A DNA stretch of 64,000 nucleotides, from contig QPGO01000125.1 of the NCBI GenBank assembly GCA_008632985.1, positions 1-64,000 of the forward strand, read 5' to 3'. This document shows, one piece after another, positions 50,061 through 62,221 of the stretch (position 1 is the first letter of the stretch; each line of letters opens with the position of its first letter). The notes under the pieces were generated by a model. The model made no database searches, had not been told where the DNA came from, and saw only the letters and a list, made by a program, of their open reading frames with translations. A program made the translations under genes and the position numbers. This stretch comes from Psammoneis japonica (lineage: Eukaryota).

Positions 50061-52031
50061 GTGGCACACAAATTGAAAGAAACCCACAAGGTGTGTGTGT
50101 GTCTTCAGCCTGCCAGAGTTGAGCACAGAGATCTGAACTTCACAGACAAGCCCCAAAAGTGTCTTTCTCATGAGCCTTGTGCTGCTGCAGAGCCCATTCA
50201 AGGCTTTCAAAAACTTGGCTGTCAACCTGACCTGGCAACTCACAAAGTGCAGCACCCAGCCAGGAACAGCTGGCATCAGCTTTGCCCTCTTGGGGCTGCC
50301 AGCTGGCCACTGGAGCACCCAGAATGAGAAGAGGAACAAAGTTTCAAGACAAATGCATGCACACACAATCAGCACTTAGCCCGTGCACAGTTGGTGTGGG
50401 TTTTTTGTGAGTTTGTTCAGTTGCTGTTGTTGTGATGCAGTGGCTTTGCTTTCTGCTTTTTGCATGTTGTGGCATGTGTGTTGCACCCCTCATTCATTGT
50501 TCATTTTGTGGCCAGGTCAAGAAGGCTGTGTTGCAAACACACTGCAGAAGAGGAGCTGCAAAACCAGACAGGCTGCTTGGAATTGGGGGTTGACAATGCT
50601 TGCCAAACACATCACACCACAACAGAGCAGCAACAATGACCATCTCTAGTCTCTGCAGCCAGCCAGAGGGTCAAGAGAGCAAAACCAAACAGAGACTGCT
50701 CAGAAGTGTGTGCTGGCAGTGCTCATTTCACCATGTTGCTTCAGCAGCAATGACAAGCTGGGATTTTTTGGTGGAAAGCAAGAAGCCCCGCTTGGAGTCA
50801 GATGGAGACAAACGCCATAAATCAGATCTCTTTCTGTTGCAAACCACTCTTTAAATTCATTGAAAGACATTGAGTCAGCAGTCTCTGCAGCTCACAAGAG
50901 ATGGCAAATGATGTTGGGGGGTCAGCAACAGAGAAGAAGCCAGCGGCTCTTCTCCTTGGTCAACTCTGGTGTGTGGTGCACACAAACATTTCTCAAAAAG
51001 GAGTGGACAAAGTGGGAAGGCCATGTCATCACAAGTGCTGTCTTTTGTTGCACCCATGTCTTTCAGGCTCAGCTTAAAGAGGACAGTGCTGTTGACAGAG
51101 AGAGCTCTGCAGGCTTGAGCCCTTGTGTTGCCACGCCATCAGCTGCAAGGAGATCTTAGAATGAAAGGTGCCAACATGCAGGCATTTGTTGCCAAGAAGA
51201 GATGACATTGACTTGCCAACCACAGACAGCAATTTAAATGAAAATGGCAAGCTTGTTGTTGGCAAATGTTTTTGGCAGATGTGGCACAACACCAAAGGGA
51301 ACAAAGTGAAAGTTTGTGACACCATCGCTGATCAGGCACACTGCCATGATGCATGAAGGCTTCATTTTGCTGTGCTGGAAACACTGTGCTGAGGGTGCAA
51401 GGTTCAAAGGGAGCATTTTTTTTCTTGAGAGAAGCAAGGAACTCTTCTTTTGAAACAAGATGAGAAGAGCTGAAATTTTTTGAGATCTCGCCACTGTGTT
51501 GAGAGCACACACCAGCTGTGTTTTTGAACATTGTTTTTGGCACTGATGGATTCACAATTGATGTGTTGCCCAACATTGCACAAGCTTTGGATGTCTTTGA
51601 GAAAAGAGCTGACTTCATGTTGTCTTGGAAAGCAGTTTTTTGAGGTGTCAGCTGCCAGAGCTGCTCTCTCATGGGAGGCTTCGAAAAGGCAGGCTTCTCA
51701 GGGGCAGGGCCTCTCCAGTGCGTGGATTCTGCTGTTGTCACAGCACAAAAGGTGTGGAGTGTGCTTTCATGGTGCCAGTGTGGCTGCACTTCAATTCTAC
51801 TGTAGCAGAACCAAGGTTAAGCTTCTCTTAGCCCCCCCAGTCAACAAGAACTCTCCACTTCGAGTTGGGGATCGCGAATGGATGGCGTCGACTGAAATAG
51901 TCGAACGAGTCGTGGTCCGTCAACAGGGAGCATGCGGCTGCGGAGAGTTGGAGTGGGGAGCATCTTGGTTTTTCCATTTTGTGCTGGCATGGCGATGGCA
52001 TGCTAAGTATGCAACGAGGCAAAAATCCACA

Positions 52032-54089
52032 ATGTTGTGTTCCTACAAGCGCATGCGTGTGTTGTGGCTGGTGTTGGTGAGTGTGCTACTCTGCAGCATT
52101 GAAAATGAAGCATCGTCTTTGACAACCGAGGAAAGATACGAGAATTCTTTGGAGGCAGTTAAACTTGAAAAGCAAAGGAGTAGAAGTCGGTGGCGTTTGC
52201 GACGACTCACCAAGTCACAGAGGAAACTCAGAGAACGAAGATCCGATGACGAGAAAGCAAAAAGTCTAGAAAGGGGGAAACAAATCAACGCGAAACACGA
52301 GGGAAAGAATAAAAGGTTCGCTTCCTTCCGTCGTAACGGCAATAGAACTCACTTCTCAGATTTGGAGGGCCCAGGGAGTGAAACTAGGACAAAAAGAACT
52401 TCAATCATAGCAAGAAGAAAGCAAGGGCGGCGAAAAAAGTTAGAAGAGCGACAAGCCATCGCATTGAGGAAATTACAACAATGCAAAGATACAATGGCGG
52501 CTTCCTCACTAAGGCGATGGCAGCGACTGCTACGTCGAGGGCATGTAATAGAAGCTGACGTAAAATCGGCGTATCAAATGGCCGTGTTGGCATCATTAGC
52601 CTATTGGGACTTTCACAAGCGCAGGATGCCAGAGAATGCCTCTGGATTCCGCTTGATCTCTGGCTCGACCACATCGTTCCAAAGGGTTTCCTTATTGGCA
52701 AAGTCGTTCAGGAAATCTACCCGCACCATGAGGGTAAAGCTTTGCCACTTCAAAAGAAGAATGTTTCCTGTGCGAAAACTTCGACGCATCCTACGTGCTG
52801 TTGGCCGGTTCGGGAAGCCAGCTCGTCAAGACGCTACAATCTTGGCTCCGCCGTCGTGTGAAGTGCTATTGAGAAGTAAGAAATCACATCGTCGTCGTTA
52901 CACGTTCAATTATTGGCTTTACGATTGGGCTGAGCCAACCGCGGTGCCTGGAGTTAAATATCATGACACTGACCTTCTTGTATCAACGTCTGGAAACGAC
53001 GTCTTGGCTTTGTCGTTTGCTGGAACGGCGTCCGTAGCTGACCACTTTACCAACGCACAGACTTTTGAATCGGCCTCACATTCAGGTCTGTTTAATGGAG
53101 GGGGCTATGCCAAGAATGCAACAATTCAAGGATCGCTTCATCGAGGATTCCTGAATGCGTATTCCCGTGTCGAGAGGGGGTCGGTTCTTCGATTGTGTCA
53201 GGATTGTACGAGCGAGAATAAGAAACTCACTCGCAGCTTGTTTCGCCGCTACGAAAACTGTACAGGCGAGGCCAAAGACTTTGAACAAAAGCAGAAGAAG
53301 CGCAACAATCGCGTGGCCGAGAATGCTACGTCAGCAATAACATCTTCTTCAAAATCTACCGAGACGACCCGTGACAGTCGGAAAACTGTGGGCTGTCGCG
53401 TCCGAGACGAAAAGCTCAAAACAGTGTTGCGAGAAGTTGTCACTGATGCTCTGTCAAGTGGTCGTACGGTTCACTTGACTGGCCACAGTCTGGGCGGTGG
53501 AATAGCGTCACTTCTCGCTCTCGACGTCATTATAAACTTTCCCGAGGTGCCGGTTTCGAAGCTGCACATTTGGACGTTTGGGGCACCGCAGGTTGTAGAT
53601 GATGTCTTTCTGCGTTCTGCTATTGAAATAGCTCCTCGGCTTCGTCGGTTCGTGGAGAAGGGACGAAAGAAGCGTTTCAGGCGTTTCGTCACCTTGTCTG
53701 ACGATTGCAAGGTTGACCTCGTTACTACGGTTGCCGAAAAGGCTCTTCCGTCACATAAGCGAAACCTACGTGGGCACGCGGCCCGTTCACTCGGTGGCGT
53801 TCGTGGGAGCATTATCCACTTTGCCGAACCTCACTACCTATTCACGCCAGACCAGCACGATGCAAATGCAACCTTTGCAGAAGCTGGAGGTGCCATACCA
53901 AAGACAACGACAAGGTCTACTCTTTCAGCGCATTTCGTAAGAAACTATGTCCAGGGAATATCACGAGAGTCCAAGGATCATCCGCTTTCAACCGACCTCC
54001 CAGGTGATGTGAGAGAGTGGATTGGCGAGGTACCCATGTTGAAGTCGACCAACAAGAAGGGTCGTAAAGACCGCAACAAAACAGAATGA
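52032..54089 (+). CDS. Class 3 lipase (alpha/beta hydrolase) with N-terminal hydrophobic and basic region
   Basis: LSFAGT, HRGF, GHSLGG nucleophile elbow, TFGAP, D.V, C-terminal H. Confidence 0.85.
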   Translation: MLCSYKRMRVLWLVLVSVLLCSIENEASSLTTEERYENSLEAVKLEKQRSRSRWRLRRLTKSQRKLRERRSDDEKAKSLERGKQINAKHEGKNKRFASFRRNGNRTHFSDLEGPGSETRTKRTSIIARRKQGRRKKLEERQAIALRKLQQCKDTMAASSLRRWQRLLRRGHVIEADVKSAYQMAVLASLAYWDFHKRRMPENASGFRLISGSTTSFQRVSLLAKSFRKSTRTMRVKLCHFKRRMFPVRKLRRILRAVGRFGKPARQDATILAPPSCEVLLRSKKSHRRRYTFNYWLYDWAEPTAVPGVKYHDTDLLVSTSGNDVLALSFAGTASVADHFTNAQTFESASHSGLFNGGGYAKNATIQGSLHRGFLNAYSRVERGSVLRLCQDCTSENKKLTRSLFRRYENCTGEAKDFEQKQKKRNNRVAENATSAITSSSKSTETTRDSRKTVGCRVRDEKLKTVLREVVTDALSSGRTVHLTGHSLGGGIASLLALDVIINFPEVPVSKLHIWTFGAPQVVDDVFLRSAIEIAPRLRRFVEKGRKKRFRRFVTLSDDCKVDLVTTVAEKALPSHKRNLRGHAARSLGGVRGSIIHFAEPHYLFTPDQHDANATFAEAGGAIPKTTTRSTLSAHFVRNYVQGISRESKDHPLSTDLPGDVREWIGEVPMLKSTNKKGRKDRNKTE

Positions 54090-54264
54090 TTCACAGTGTA
54101 CAAGATTGAATGCTGTTGCTAGCTAGTTTTAAAAAGAACAAATACAATCCATAGACAAAACACAACCTAAAGCTTATAACAAACGCTAAGCACGCACAGC
54201 CCCTCTCACAAGAACTACTCTCTGCGGGGAATGAAGAAGAAGCAGAGTGCATTCATTTTGAGTA

Positions 54265-54335
54265 GAACTGTTTCTCAGCCAACAGGAGAGCTTTGCGAAT
54301 AAATTGTTCAACTCCCCAGAGGCGTCATTCGCGTG
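54265..54335 (-). promoter_or_regulatory. Candidate SECIS element
   Basis: Minus strand AUGAC-gcc-ucu-ggggaguu-gAA...agcucucc-uguu-ggc-UGAG: core quartet, stem and apical AA, ~50 nt after the stop codon. Confidence 0.65.
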
Positions 54336-54381
54336 ATTGATCCTTCGCATATAAGTCCTGCATGCGGCGTGCTTTGTGTCT

Positions 54382-55085
54382 CTACAATTCTGGTGAGCCG
54401 CCACCACCCATTGATGCTTCCAGTTGAAGAAGAATCTTCTTACGCTTGACAATCCAAGCGTGAAGATCAGGCTTCATAGAGTCGGTCTCCATACCAATCA
54501 ATCGTTTGGTTTGAGCTTGAATCTCTTCCAGAGGTTTCACAGCCATTTTCTCAATATACTTGACTTCACGGTCGTTGCATCCTTTCTTTGTAGACACATT
54601 ACAAAGCGACGTCTTTCCAAAGTCTTCCACATAGCCAGTCAAGGTGTCAATATCACCTAATTCCTCGCACATGGCCTTGCCATTGTTCTCTTTTGGATAC
54701 TTACCACCCTCTATTCCGGTCTCCTTGTTAAAATACATAATAGTCGGCCACCTCCTGAACCGGGTGAATAATTCTCTCGAATCGGATCTTCCGATAAATT
54801 CACATCACCAAACACCACATCTTCATTCCCCGCAAACGCCTGCACAACTTCATTCCATGCAGGCGCTTGCTTTCGTCATCAGCCTCATCCCGGACTCGCA
54901 ATCCAACGCACAAACATGGTCTTGTCTGCGTCAATGGCTTGCTGTAGCGTATCCTTGAAATTCGATTCTGTCAAGCGAGTGCTATAAGACCAATGATCAT
55001 CGGGATAGATAGCATTTACAGCAGTTGCTGCGAGCAGCAGCAGCGCGGTAAAGACCGCGTCGCGGCGAAACAACAACCGCATCAT
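54382..55085 (-). CDS. PDI/thioredoxin-like selenoprotein with G-U-G-U-U motif, signal peptide and C-terminal ER-retention-like SPEL
   Basis: In-frame WIASPG-TGA-GGC-TGA-TGA-RKQAPAWNEV (54876-54887) at the CxxC position; continues FGDVNLSE...GG(W)PTIMYF; one 1-bp deletion near 54750. Confidence 0.85.
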
Positions 55086-55456
55086 GGTCGGGCTGTGAAG
55101 CCGTTGAATGATGACCGAGACATACACGACAAAGATCGCAAAATGTCCTGGAAGAGCCTGTTCAGTCAAAGAGGTCTAACATGACGTCATTGAGCCTAAA
55201 ATAGGCCGGCCATATGACGCGACACGCCCGTTTCGTTGTTTACACAGACAAAATGACATGATTCCGCTCACATTATTAGTTATTTGACACTCGCGCCAAT
55301 GTGTTGACACAAAGCTGTCAGTCTGTTACGACTCATGAAAACCTGTACGCATAGAAACCACAGCACACGTTCTTTGATTTTTCTCTTGTCGTATCGCTTC
55401 ATAAGCCCATTACAGCTCCTCTGAAAAACTGCGAATCGAAGCCACACTGCAGTATC

Positions 55457-56373
55457 ATGTCTCAACCCACTCGTCTGACAAAACGCATAAAGAGCGACAG
55501 CTCCATGGACCAAGAAGACAACGACGCGCATGCATTGTACTCTGAAATGCGAGAGTTAGCCGCATTCGAAAAACGCGAATACGAGATTGACATTGACACG
55601 TTTGCTCCTGTTGAACCAAAGGTTTGGCGTGTGCGGGGCGGCCGACCAAAAATGGACAAGAAGGCTGGAACCAAGATTGTACGAGACTTGGACGGCGTCA
55701 AGTGGTACATTCGTGATCCGCGCAAATCCTGTGAGTGGGGTGGGGCATCCTTGTTTGATTTGCTCCCCAGTAATCTGTTGTGGATATTGTGCTCATGGCA
55801 ATGGATGGGCCCGGGACCACTACAATCTTTCGCTCTCGTGCCGTGCGTTTTCGCAAATTTGTGAAAAGCCTCGGGTTGTGGCGCATACGGCAGCCAGAGC
55901 AACGAGAAAGGCAAGACTGCAGAGCAAGGAAGCGGCTTTGATTGCCGAGGCTGCTCGAAACGAGGCACAAAAGGACAGTGCCAAAGAGATTGAGTTCGAA
56001 CGGGGAAATGGCACGGAGTTCGTTCTCGATCCAAGGTTCCATCGGGGCTTGGTGTTTACAGGACCATGCCACGGTTACTTGCAGCTGGACGGTATAAAAA
56101 GGGTGACGAGAATGGTCCATTTGAGATTCGATATGCAGATGGCAGTTCGTACAAGGGAATACGGTGAATGGGTATCGTCAAGGCGACGGAGTACAGTGGA
56201 CGGGGCGTGGTGAGCGACACGAAGGCTCGTGGGTTAAAGATGGACGCGAAGGGTATGGATTGATGCTCGGTGGCGCATACCCTTTTATGTTTGGTAGGTA
56301 TAAAGGAGACGAGCCGGTTGGCAAGCACATAGCCTGGGATATCCATACAGATACTGTTCTTTTACAATTCTGA
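55457..56373 (+). CDS. F-box-like plus MORN-repeat protein (frameshifted in this assembly)
   Basis: LFDLLPSN.VVDIV...NLSLSCRAF..IC, then YADGSSYKG..VNGYRQGDG / HEGSWVKDGREGYG; about four 1-bp deletions. Confidence 0.55.
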
Positions 56374-57192
56374 ATGCGCTGATGAACAAGCAGAGATGGA
56401 TCTGTTCATCATTGAACTGTCTCATCCATTCTGTGCATGGTATGTTGGCGATATTCCTAGTGATTCTGTATGGTACGAAGCGCCTCGACAATGTACCAGC
56501 TCGCTCAAGCATTACCTGAGTCTCACTCCAGTGTAAAATCTTTGCAGATATACAAGAGTGCTACTACTATAAAATAGAAATGGTGCCTACTTAAGATTTT
56601 GAAAAACGATACCGTAGTCCTAGTACCGCTGGAAACAAATGTTTAGAGGAATCATCACCGGCACGGATTGCTACGAGCTAAAGAGGGTTGTAGCGAACAA
56701 GCTGTCAAAGTTCAATAGCCTCTACTAGCTAGTAGTAGCTAGAGAGTAGCCTCTCTCTACAGTAGTTAAGCTCTAGCTACTAGTAGCGAGTAGAAAGAGA
56801 AAGAGGAAATTTCAATTCCGTCTCTACTAGAGAGAGCTCTAGCTAGAGTAGAGAGTAGCCAGGAACTCTAGCAACTAGAGAGAGTCTTTCCTCCTGTGAA
56901 AGAAGTAAGTATCCTCCTGTGAAAGAAGTAGGTTGACCATCGACGACCAAAGCTGATATCGCCACGACGGTCAGGTTATGACGCACGCCAGTCGCGAAGC
57001 ATTTCAGATTGGACGGCTGTCATTGATTGTACCAGTCCCACGAGTTCTACTTACGCAACGTTCCCTACTGCATCTACGGCAAAAATAACTCGCGGTTTTC
57101 TGGCAACGAAGCGAGTGCACACACCAGCACCACAATCGGGCCGCTTGTTTGTTGCGACTGTAACGAGAGAAAAAACTAAAAACAAACACAAC

Positions 57193-57866
57193 ATGTCTGA
57201 CTCGGAACAGTATGCGATCGAGAGCACCGACGCTGGTGCCTCGGCTACCATCCCCATGGAAGCTGGCCAGATCAAAAAGGGCGGGTAAGAAACAACATGG
57301 GGCGCGACGATGGCCATCATTTTCGCATGTCTGCCAACCGGGTCTCTGTAGAATTGTACGACGCTTTTACGTGGCGGCATTTTTCAGGGAAAGACTTTTG
57401 GGCGGTACTTTTGCATGCCTTAGATTGTGATTATGTTCAACTAACTTGATTCTGTGTTCTAAATTCTTACTTATGCAGTTACATGATGATCAAGGGAAAG
57501 CCCTGCAAGGTTGTTCAGATTTCTGTTTCCAAGACTGGAAAGCACGGTCACGCCAAGTGCAATTTTGTTGCCACTGACATTTTCACGGGCAAGAAGTTGG
57601 AAGATATGATTCCCTCCACCCACGGAACCACGGTCCCCATTGTCAACAAGTCCGAATGGGAAATTATTGATATCGACGGAGATGAGCTTACCCTTATGGA
57701 CGAAGCTGGTAACCAAAAGACCGACTTGAACCTTCCCACCTACCCCGAAACTCTTGCCGATGAGATTCGTGACGCTTGGAATGGCGGAGAGAACTCCGTC
57801 ATGGTCACTGTCCAGTCTGCTGTCGGAATCGAGCAGGTCATTGGATACAAGAAGGAAGCCAACTAA
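57193..57866 (+). CDS. eIF5A: Eukaryotic translation initiation factor 5A
   Basis: SKTGKHGHAK hypusination motif; exons 57193-57284 and 57479-57866. Confidence 0.97.
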
Positions 57867-58233
57867 GTTATCGTTGGTTATTATTTGTATGTTTGTGTGT
57901 GGTACTGTGCGAGAAGCAAGAACGACCTCTTGATTGATGGCATGTCTTGGTGACGTTAGAATGACACTCAAATGTTCAGAACACCAATGGCGATACTTAT
58001 ATCACATAAATTCCAACCTATCGGATTATAAGAGGTTGTTTTTGACGGATACTTTGTCATGTTGCTTCTTCGTAGTAGCATCGGTTTTCAGCTAGCTACT
58101 GAGCTTTCCTGCATTGCGTTCTGTACACGTTTCGCGTTCTTATGACACAGCAGTACACAGCAAATGTCTATCTGCTATGTACTGTTAGCTCTTATCAATC
58201 AGTGGCAGTCAGGTTGCAATGCGCCACGGTTGC

Positions 58234-59868
58234 TCAGTAATCAAAGATCTCCTCGTGAAAATCACGCTTGGCGCCACAACTGCAGTGCTTTCTGCACGCA
58301 ATTTTTGTCTCTTCCACGAGCCCATGAGGACCACACGCCAACACTGCAACATTGTGAGACGGCAGTTCTTGAATAATTTTGTTCATATCGGGACGTCCTG
58401 AATACACTCGCATGGCTTTGTCAGTCTGTGTGACGGAACGCTTCTTGCCTCGTTTGGTCGTCACGTAAACATGGGCTTGAAATGGCGGGGGATTGCCATC
58501 TCGGTGAGATGCTTCAATGCTCTCCGAGCTGCTGTCATCGTAAACCACAGTTGAGGATGGGTTTTCTTCAAGATCCAGGTTGGCCTCCTGGGTGGCGAGA
58601 ATGGGCAAGGTCTCTGTCAGTTGCAAGTCTCGCACCGCCCAGACGACTTGTACAGTTTGATGCTTGTTCTTGGTGCGATAAAGCCGATCTCGCGCCAACG
58701 ACATCATTGGGGTGACGCCGATACCACCACAAACTAATAGGACAGTGTCATAGCTGTCCAGATTCATTGATACCCCACCATAAGGACCTTCCAATAGCAC
58801 CGTGATCCTGCTACCTTGCGCCTCGGCCAGCTTGTGGAGTTTTCGGGTCCATCCTCCCATGACCTTGAAATGCAGCGTCATAAAGTCTTCATGAGGAGCA
58901 GAGCTGATGGTTGCTGCATGAAACTCGAAAAATCTCACAGCCGGAACTGCAATACGAACGTATTGACCAGCTTGGAAGCCGATTGGCTTATCGAAACGAA
59001 TCTGGACGATATCTCCTTGTACTGTTAGTTGTGCGGATTTCGGATGCATGCCCATGGTTTGAAGAATGTAGCGAATTGCAAGATCCGCACCCCAAACAGC
59101 GGCAATAATAAACATTGTACCGATTGCATGCATAATACCAAAGACAATAACTGCAATCGAAAGCAGCACATGCAGAAGCAGCCAGATTTCGTAGCAGTAC
59201 TTGCGAATCACTCGGAAAGCACTGAGACCCACCAGAGCAATCATACAGATTGTCAAGAGGGTACCGGATGTGTTGATTCCACCATCCCATAGATACTTCC
59301 AGAGGTTTGTTTCGGACCCTTCAAGCGAGTATGCAGAGTCGTTGGAGTCTAAACGGCGGTCTCCGCTGCTTCCGTCGCCGCTGCCTCCACTTCCCGTGAA
59401 CGCAACATAGCCGTGAAAACATGAGAGGACAATGGAAAGTACCGCTGAAATGTAGTGATAGGTCACTAGCTGTTCCCACGATAATCCCAAGAGAATTGTC
59501 AAGATGTTTGCCTTCTTGTTTGCCAAAAGAAATGTGGCTAGAATGGCATACCATGCAACCCAACCAGATCCTTCGATACTCGGGATAACAAACGAGGAGT
59601 GATATCCAGCAATAGCCAAGATAGCAAGAGGTGCGATCAAGAGAACATCTCCAATACTGAGAAAACACAGCCGCAAGAATCCCGGGATGAAACTCAAATG
59701 GACAAAGTGCTTGGGAAGAAGCAAGAACTGAAAGAGACCGCTCACGATGGAAGTCTGGAGTTTGCGAAACGACCAAACGAGATCTTGAGTACGAATACAA
59801 CTGCTCACAGACGATGGCTTGCTCATTATTGAATATTGTGAGAGCCCCTCGTAGAGACAAAGCATCAT
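58234..59868 (-). CDS. Ferric reductase / NADPH oxidase-like transmembrane protein
   Basis: TM His pairs, GQYV, FEFH..TISS, EGPYG, GGIGVTP, W.VR, ACGP, C-terminal FHEEIFDY. Confidence 0.9.
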   Translation of the reverse strand: MMLCLYEGLSQYSIMSKPSSVSSCIRTQDLVWSFRKLQTSIVSGLFQFLLLPKHFVHLSFIPGFLRLCFLSIGDVLLIAPLAILAIAGYHSSFVIPSIEGSGWVAWYAILATFLLANKKANILTILLGLSWEQLVTYHYISAVLSIVLSCFHGYVAFTGSGGSGDGSSGDRRLDSNDSAYSLEGSETNLWKYLWDGGINTSGTLLTICMIALVGLSAFRVIRKYCYEIWLLLHVLLSIAVIVFGIMHAIGTMFIIAAVWGADLAIRYILQTMGMHPKSAQLTVQGDIVQIRFDKPIGFQAGQYVRIAVPAVRFFEFHAATISSAPHEDFMTLHFKVMGGWTRKLHKLAEAQGSRITVLLEGPYGGVSMNLDSYDTVLLVCGGIGVTPMMSLARDRLYRTKNKHQTVQVVWAVRDLQLTETLPILATQEANLDLEENPSSTVVYDDSSSESIEASHRDGNPPPFQAHVYVTTKRGKKRSVTQTDKAMRVYSGRPDMNKIIQELPSHNVAVLACGPHGLVEETKIACRKHCSCGAKRDFHEEIFDY

Positions 59869-60359
59869 TCATCTCAAGTCGTGTTTTCAGCGGTTATGCG
59901 CCACCGTCTCGTAGTTTCACCGGTTGACCATCCACGACTGAAACCTCCTGCCTTTGCCAAGAAAGATCAAAAAGCACCACCGCCGATTCATTCAGAATGC
60001 TGTAAAGTGCAAAGGAACAACCTTTTCAGGAAACACTAGATGGGTAATTTCTCGAATCATCAGTGGTGTGCACCTTCAAGAGCGTAACCTTTCTCAGGAT
60101 CTGGAGGATGGCTGTGTCACCTCATTTCAAGGGTCGTCAGTGTCGGCGCTGGAAAAAATGAGCAATGTCCGGGTTCTTTTTGCACCAGAGCAGATGTGAG
60201 ACCCAGGCCTTAAGGTGGTGTTGACTGTGATGCTAACCCGGGAGGAGCATCACACATTGGCCCAGCTAAAATTTGTGATCCATTAGAGATGAAGGGTTTG
60301 GTGCAGATCAATTGTTTGAGAACTGGTCCCAGCAGACGGGCTTTCCGATGGATGTGTTC

Positions 60360-62000
60360 AGAATGCATGCATTGGCGACATTGTGTGAGCCTGGAGATGC
60401 TGCAGTCTAGACGATGACATTGGAAACAATCTGTGCTGAATTAGAAGGTCAATGACAAAAAAAGAGCTGTGTGGGTTGTTGATGTTCTGTGCAGTCAGTT
60501 GGCCAGCATGAGTGTTGCGGCTTTCTTTTGCATCCATTTGGATCAGGGCCATGTTGCGGCAGACCCCTGTCTTCTAACGCAAATCATCCCTCAGCATCGG
60601 CCACCGGTGGAACACCAAACATTTGAATTGCTGGAAGATTTCCAGCAAGTCTCAGACCCATCACTTGCATCCTTGAAAGTGCACTTGCAACCAAGTGAAA
60701 CTCTCAAGTTAAAGTTGCTGAATGCTTGCTCTGGCAAGGTCACCGAATGTGATTTAGTTTGCCGTGTGAAAACAAGGTGCCGCAGAGCTCAACATTGTCA
60801 GACAGTTTGACACCCTGCTTTGACACAAGTGGAACAGAATCACTGCCATGAGTCTCTGACCACTCTTGAAGACATTCCTGTTCTTGAGCTCTTCAAGCAG
60901 CACAGGTTGGGAATTTGTGCCCCAGGTGGTTCTTCTGCAGAGTCGCGCTGGAAAACTCCACCAACAAGGCCAAGACAAATGGAAAGACAAAGCTCACTGC
61001 CATCATGGCCATGCAGTTCATTGCAATGGACAACCCCAAAAACATGTTGTAGCCTTTTGTGCATTGCTCAATGACTGTGTGCCAAACTGTTGAAATTGGA
61101 CTCCAGAAGTGCCGCGCTCAGACAGTGTGGTGGCGCTCTTTGCAGTGACTGGGTCGCAGCCTCCATGGCCATCTGTGACCATGACCAAGCAATGCTGTCA
61201 ATGTCAGAAATGCAAGTCCCATGATGATTTGGTGCCACAATTTTGTTTCGGTGCCAACAGGTGACAATGTGGTGATCCAAGGCACACGACCAATGGAGTG
61301 TGCCGCACAAAAAGGATTGGGCACTGCTGCAGCCTTTTGCGCATCGCTCAACTGCTGCACACCAAAATGTTGCCATTGGACTCCAAAAGCACTGCCAATC
61401 CCCCTCCACATCAAACACAAAACCTTGTGACCACCGCTCCATCTGAGGTGTTGTTGCTCCCAGTTTCAAACATGTGACAAATGGAACGTGACCACCGCGG
61501 AGAGAGCGATTGACAACACCAGTGCACCACAAGAGGTGCAATCAAAAAGAGCCAGACGGCGATTGCCAACAACAGCCCCGGCATGCAGTGTTGACACATG
61601 TGTGCATGACTGTGCAAAAACCAAAAACCACGCTCGCTTCCGACTCACAGACGGAACCGACACGCGGGTCTTGCCAAGCACGCGCACCGCCAGGAGCCCT
61701 GAAACAAACAGAAAGGTGTCAACTGCAAAGCTTCGCAAAAATGGCAGCAGCCCACCGAATGAAGCATGAAGCGTCTCTCTGCGGCAACATGCACCATCGC
61801 TCTGTGTGCCGCAGTGCTGCAAAACAGTGCGCGCAAGTCATCAACAACATTCCGTTCTTCTCGAGAAGGCCACACACAGGTGATCGGCAGACTCGTGCCC
61901 ATGGCGAATGAAGTGGGGTTCTGACATGCCATGCAGCAACAATGCAGACCACCGGGATGAGACAGATGCAACAAACTGAGGGCCATTGCGAGGTGACCGC
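60360..62000 (-). pseudogene. Decayed acyltransferase-3 (NRF-6/OafA-like) gene in TpA-depleted domain IV
   Basis: VDDLRAL, FAVDTFLFVSGLL and L(C)GTLH.S.AL motifs, with frameshifts and no TA. Confidence 0.55.
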
Positions 62001-62221
62001 ACTGCACCGACCTGCAGTGCAGTGCAGTGCAAAAAGTACGTACAAACGGCTGATTTTTGAATCGGAATTTGTAAATTTTTGTGCGCGTGCGTGCTGTCAC
62101 CCGTTTTTGAAATCTCCTGGTCTGCCATTGCAGGCGCTGCGTCGCGTGCGTGCTCGGTGCCATGAATTGGTGCGCGCGTCGTCAGGCAGGTAGGTAGGTG
62201 CCAGTTTTTCCGACGTCTGTA

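Larger units (their letters stand above)
46230..51790. other. TpA- and CpG-depleted domain III
   Basis: TA nearly absent, with sharp transitions at both ends. Confidence 0.88.

Noticed and set aside
51531..52031. N-terminal extension of the lipase ORF (852 aa)
   Set aside because: It starts at a non-ATG codon inside the TA-depleted, stop-poor domain. The ATG at 52032 precedes a hydrophobic leader.
28430..56160. Programmed frameshifting or pseudogenisation in the Pro-rich, LRR, selenoprotein and F-box genes
   Set aside because: All are single-base losses, mostly in homopolymers, across unrelated genes. This is typical of long-read consensus error and needs a read check.
56889..56930. Duplicated TCCTCCTGTGAAAGAAGTA upstream of eIF5A as a regulatory element
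   Set aside because: A simple short tandem duplication with no supporting evidence of function.
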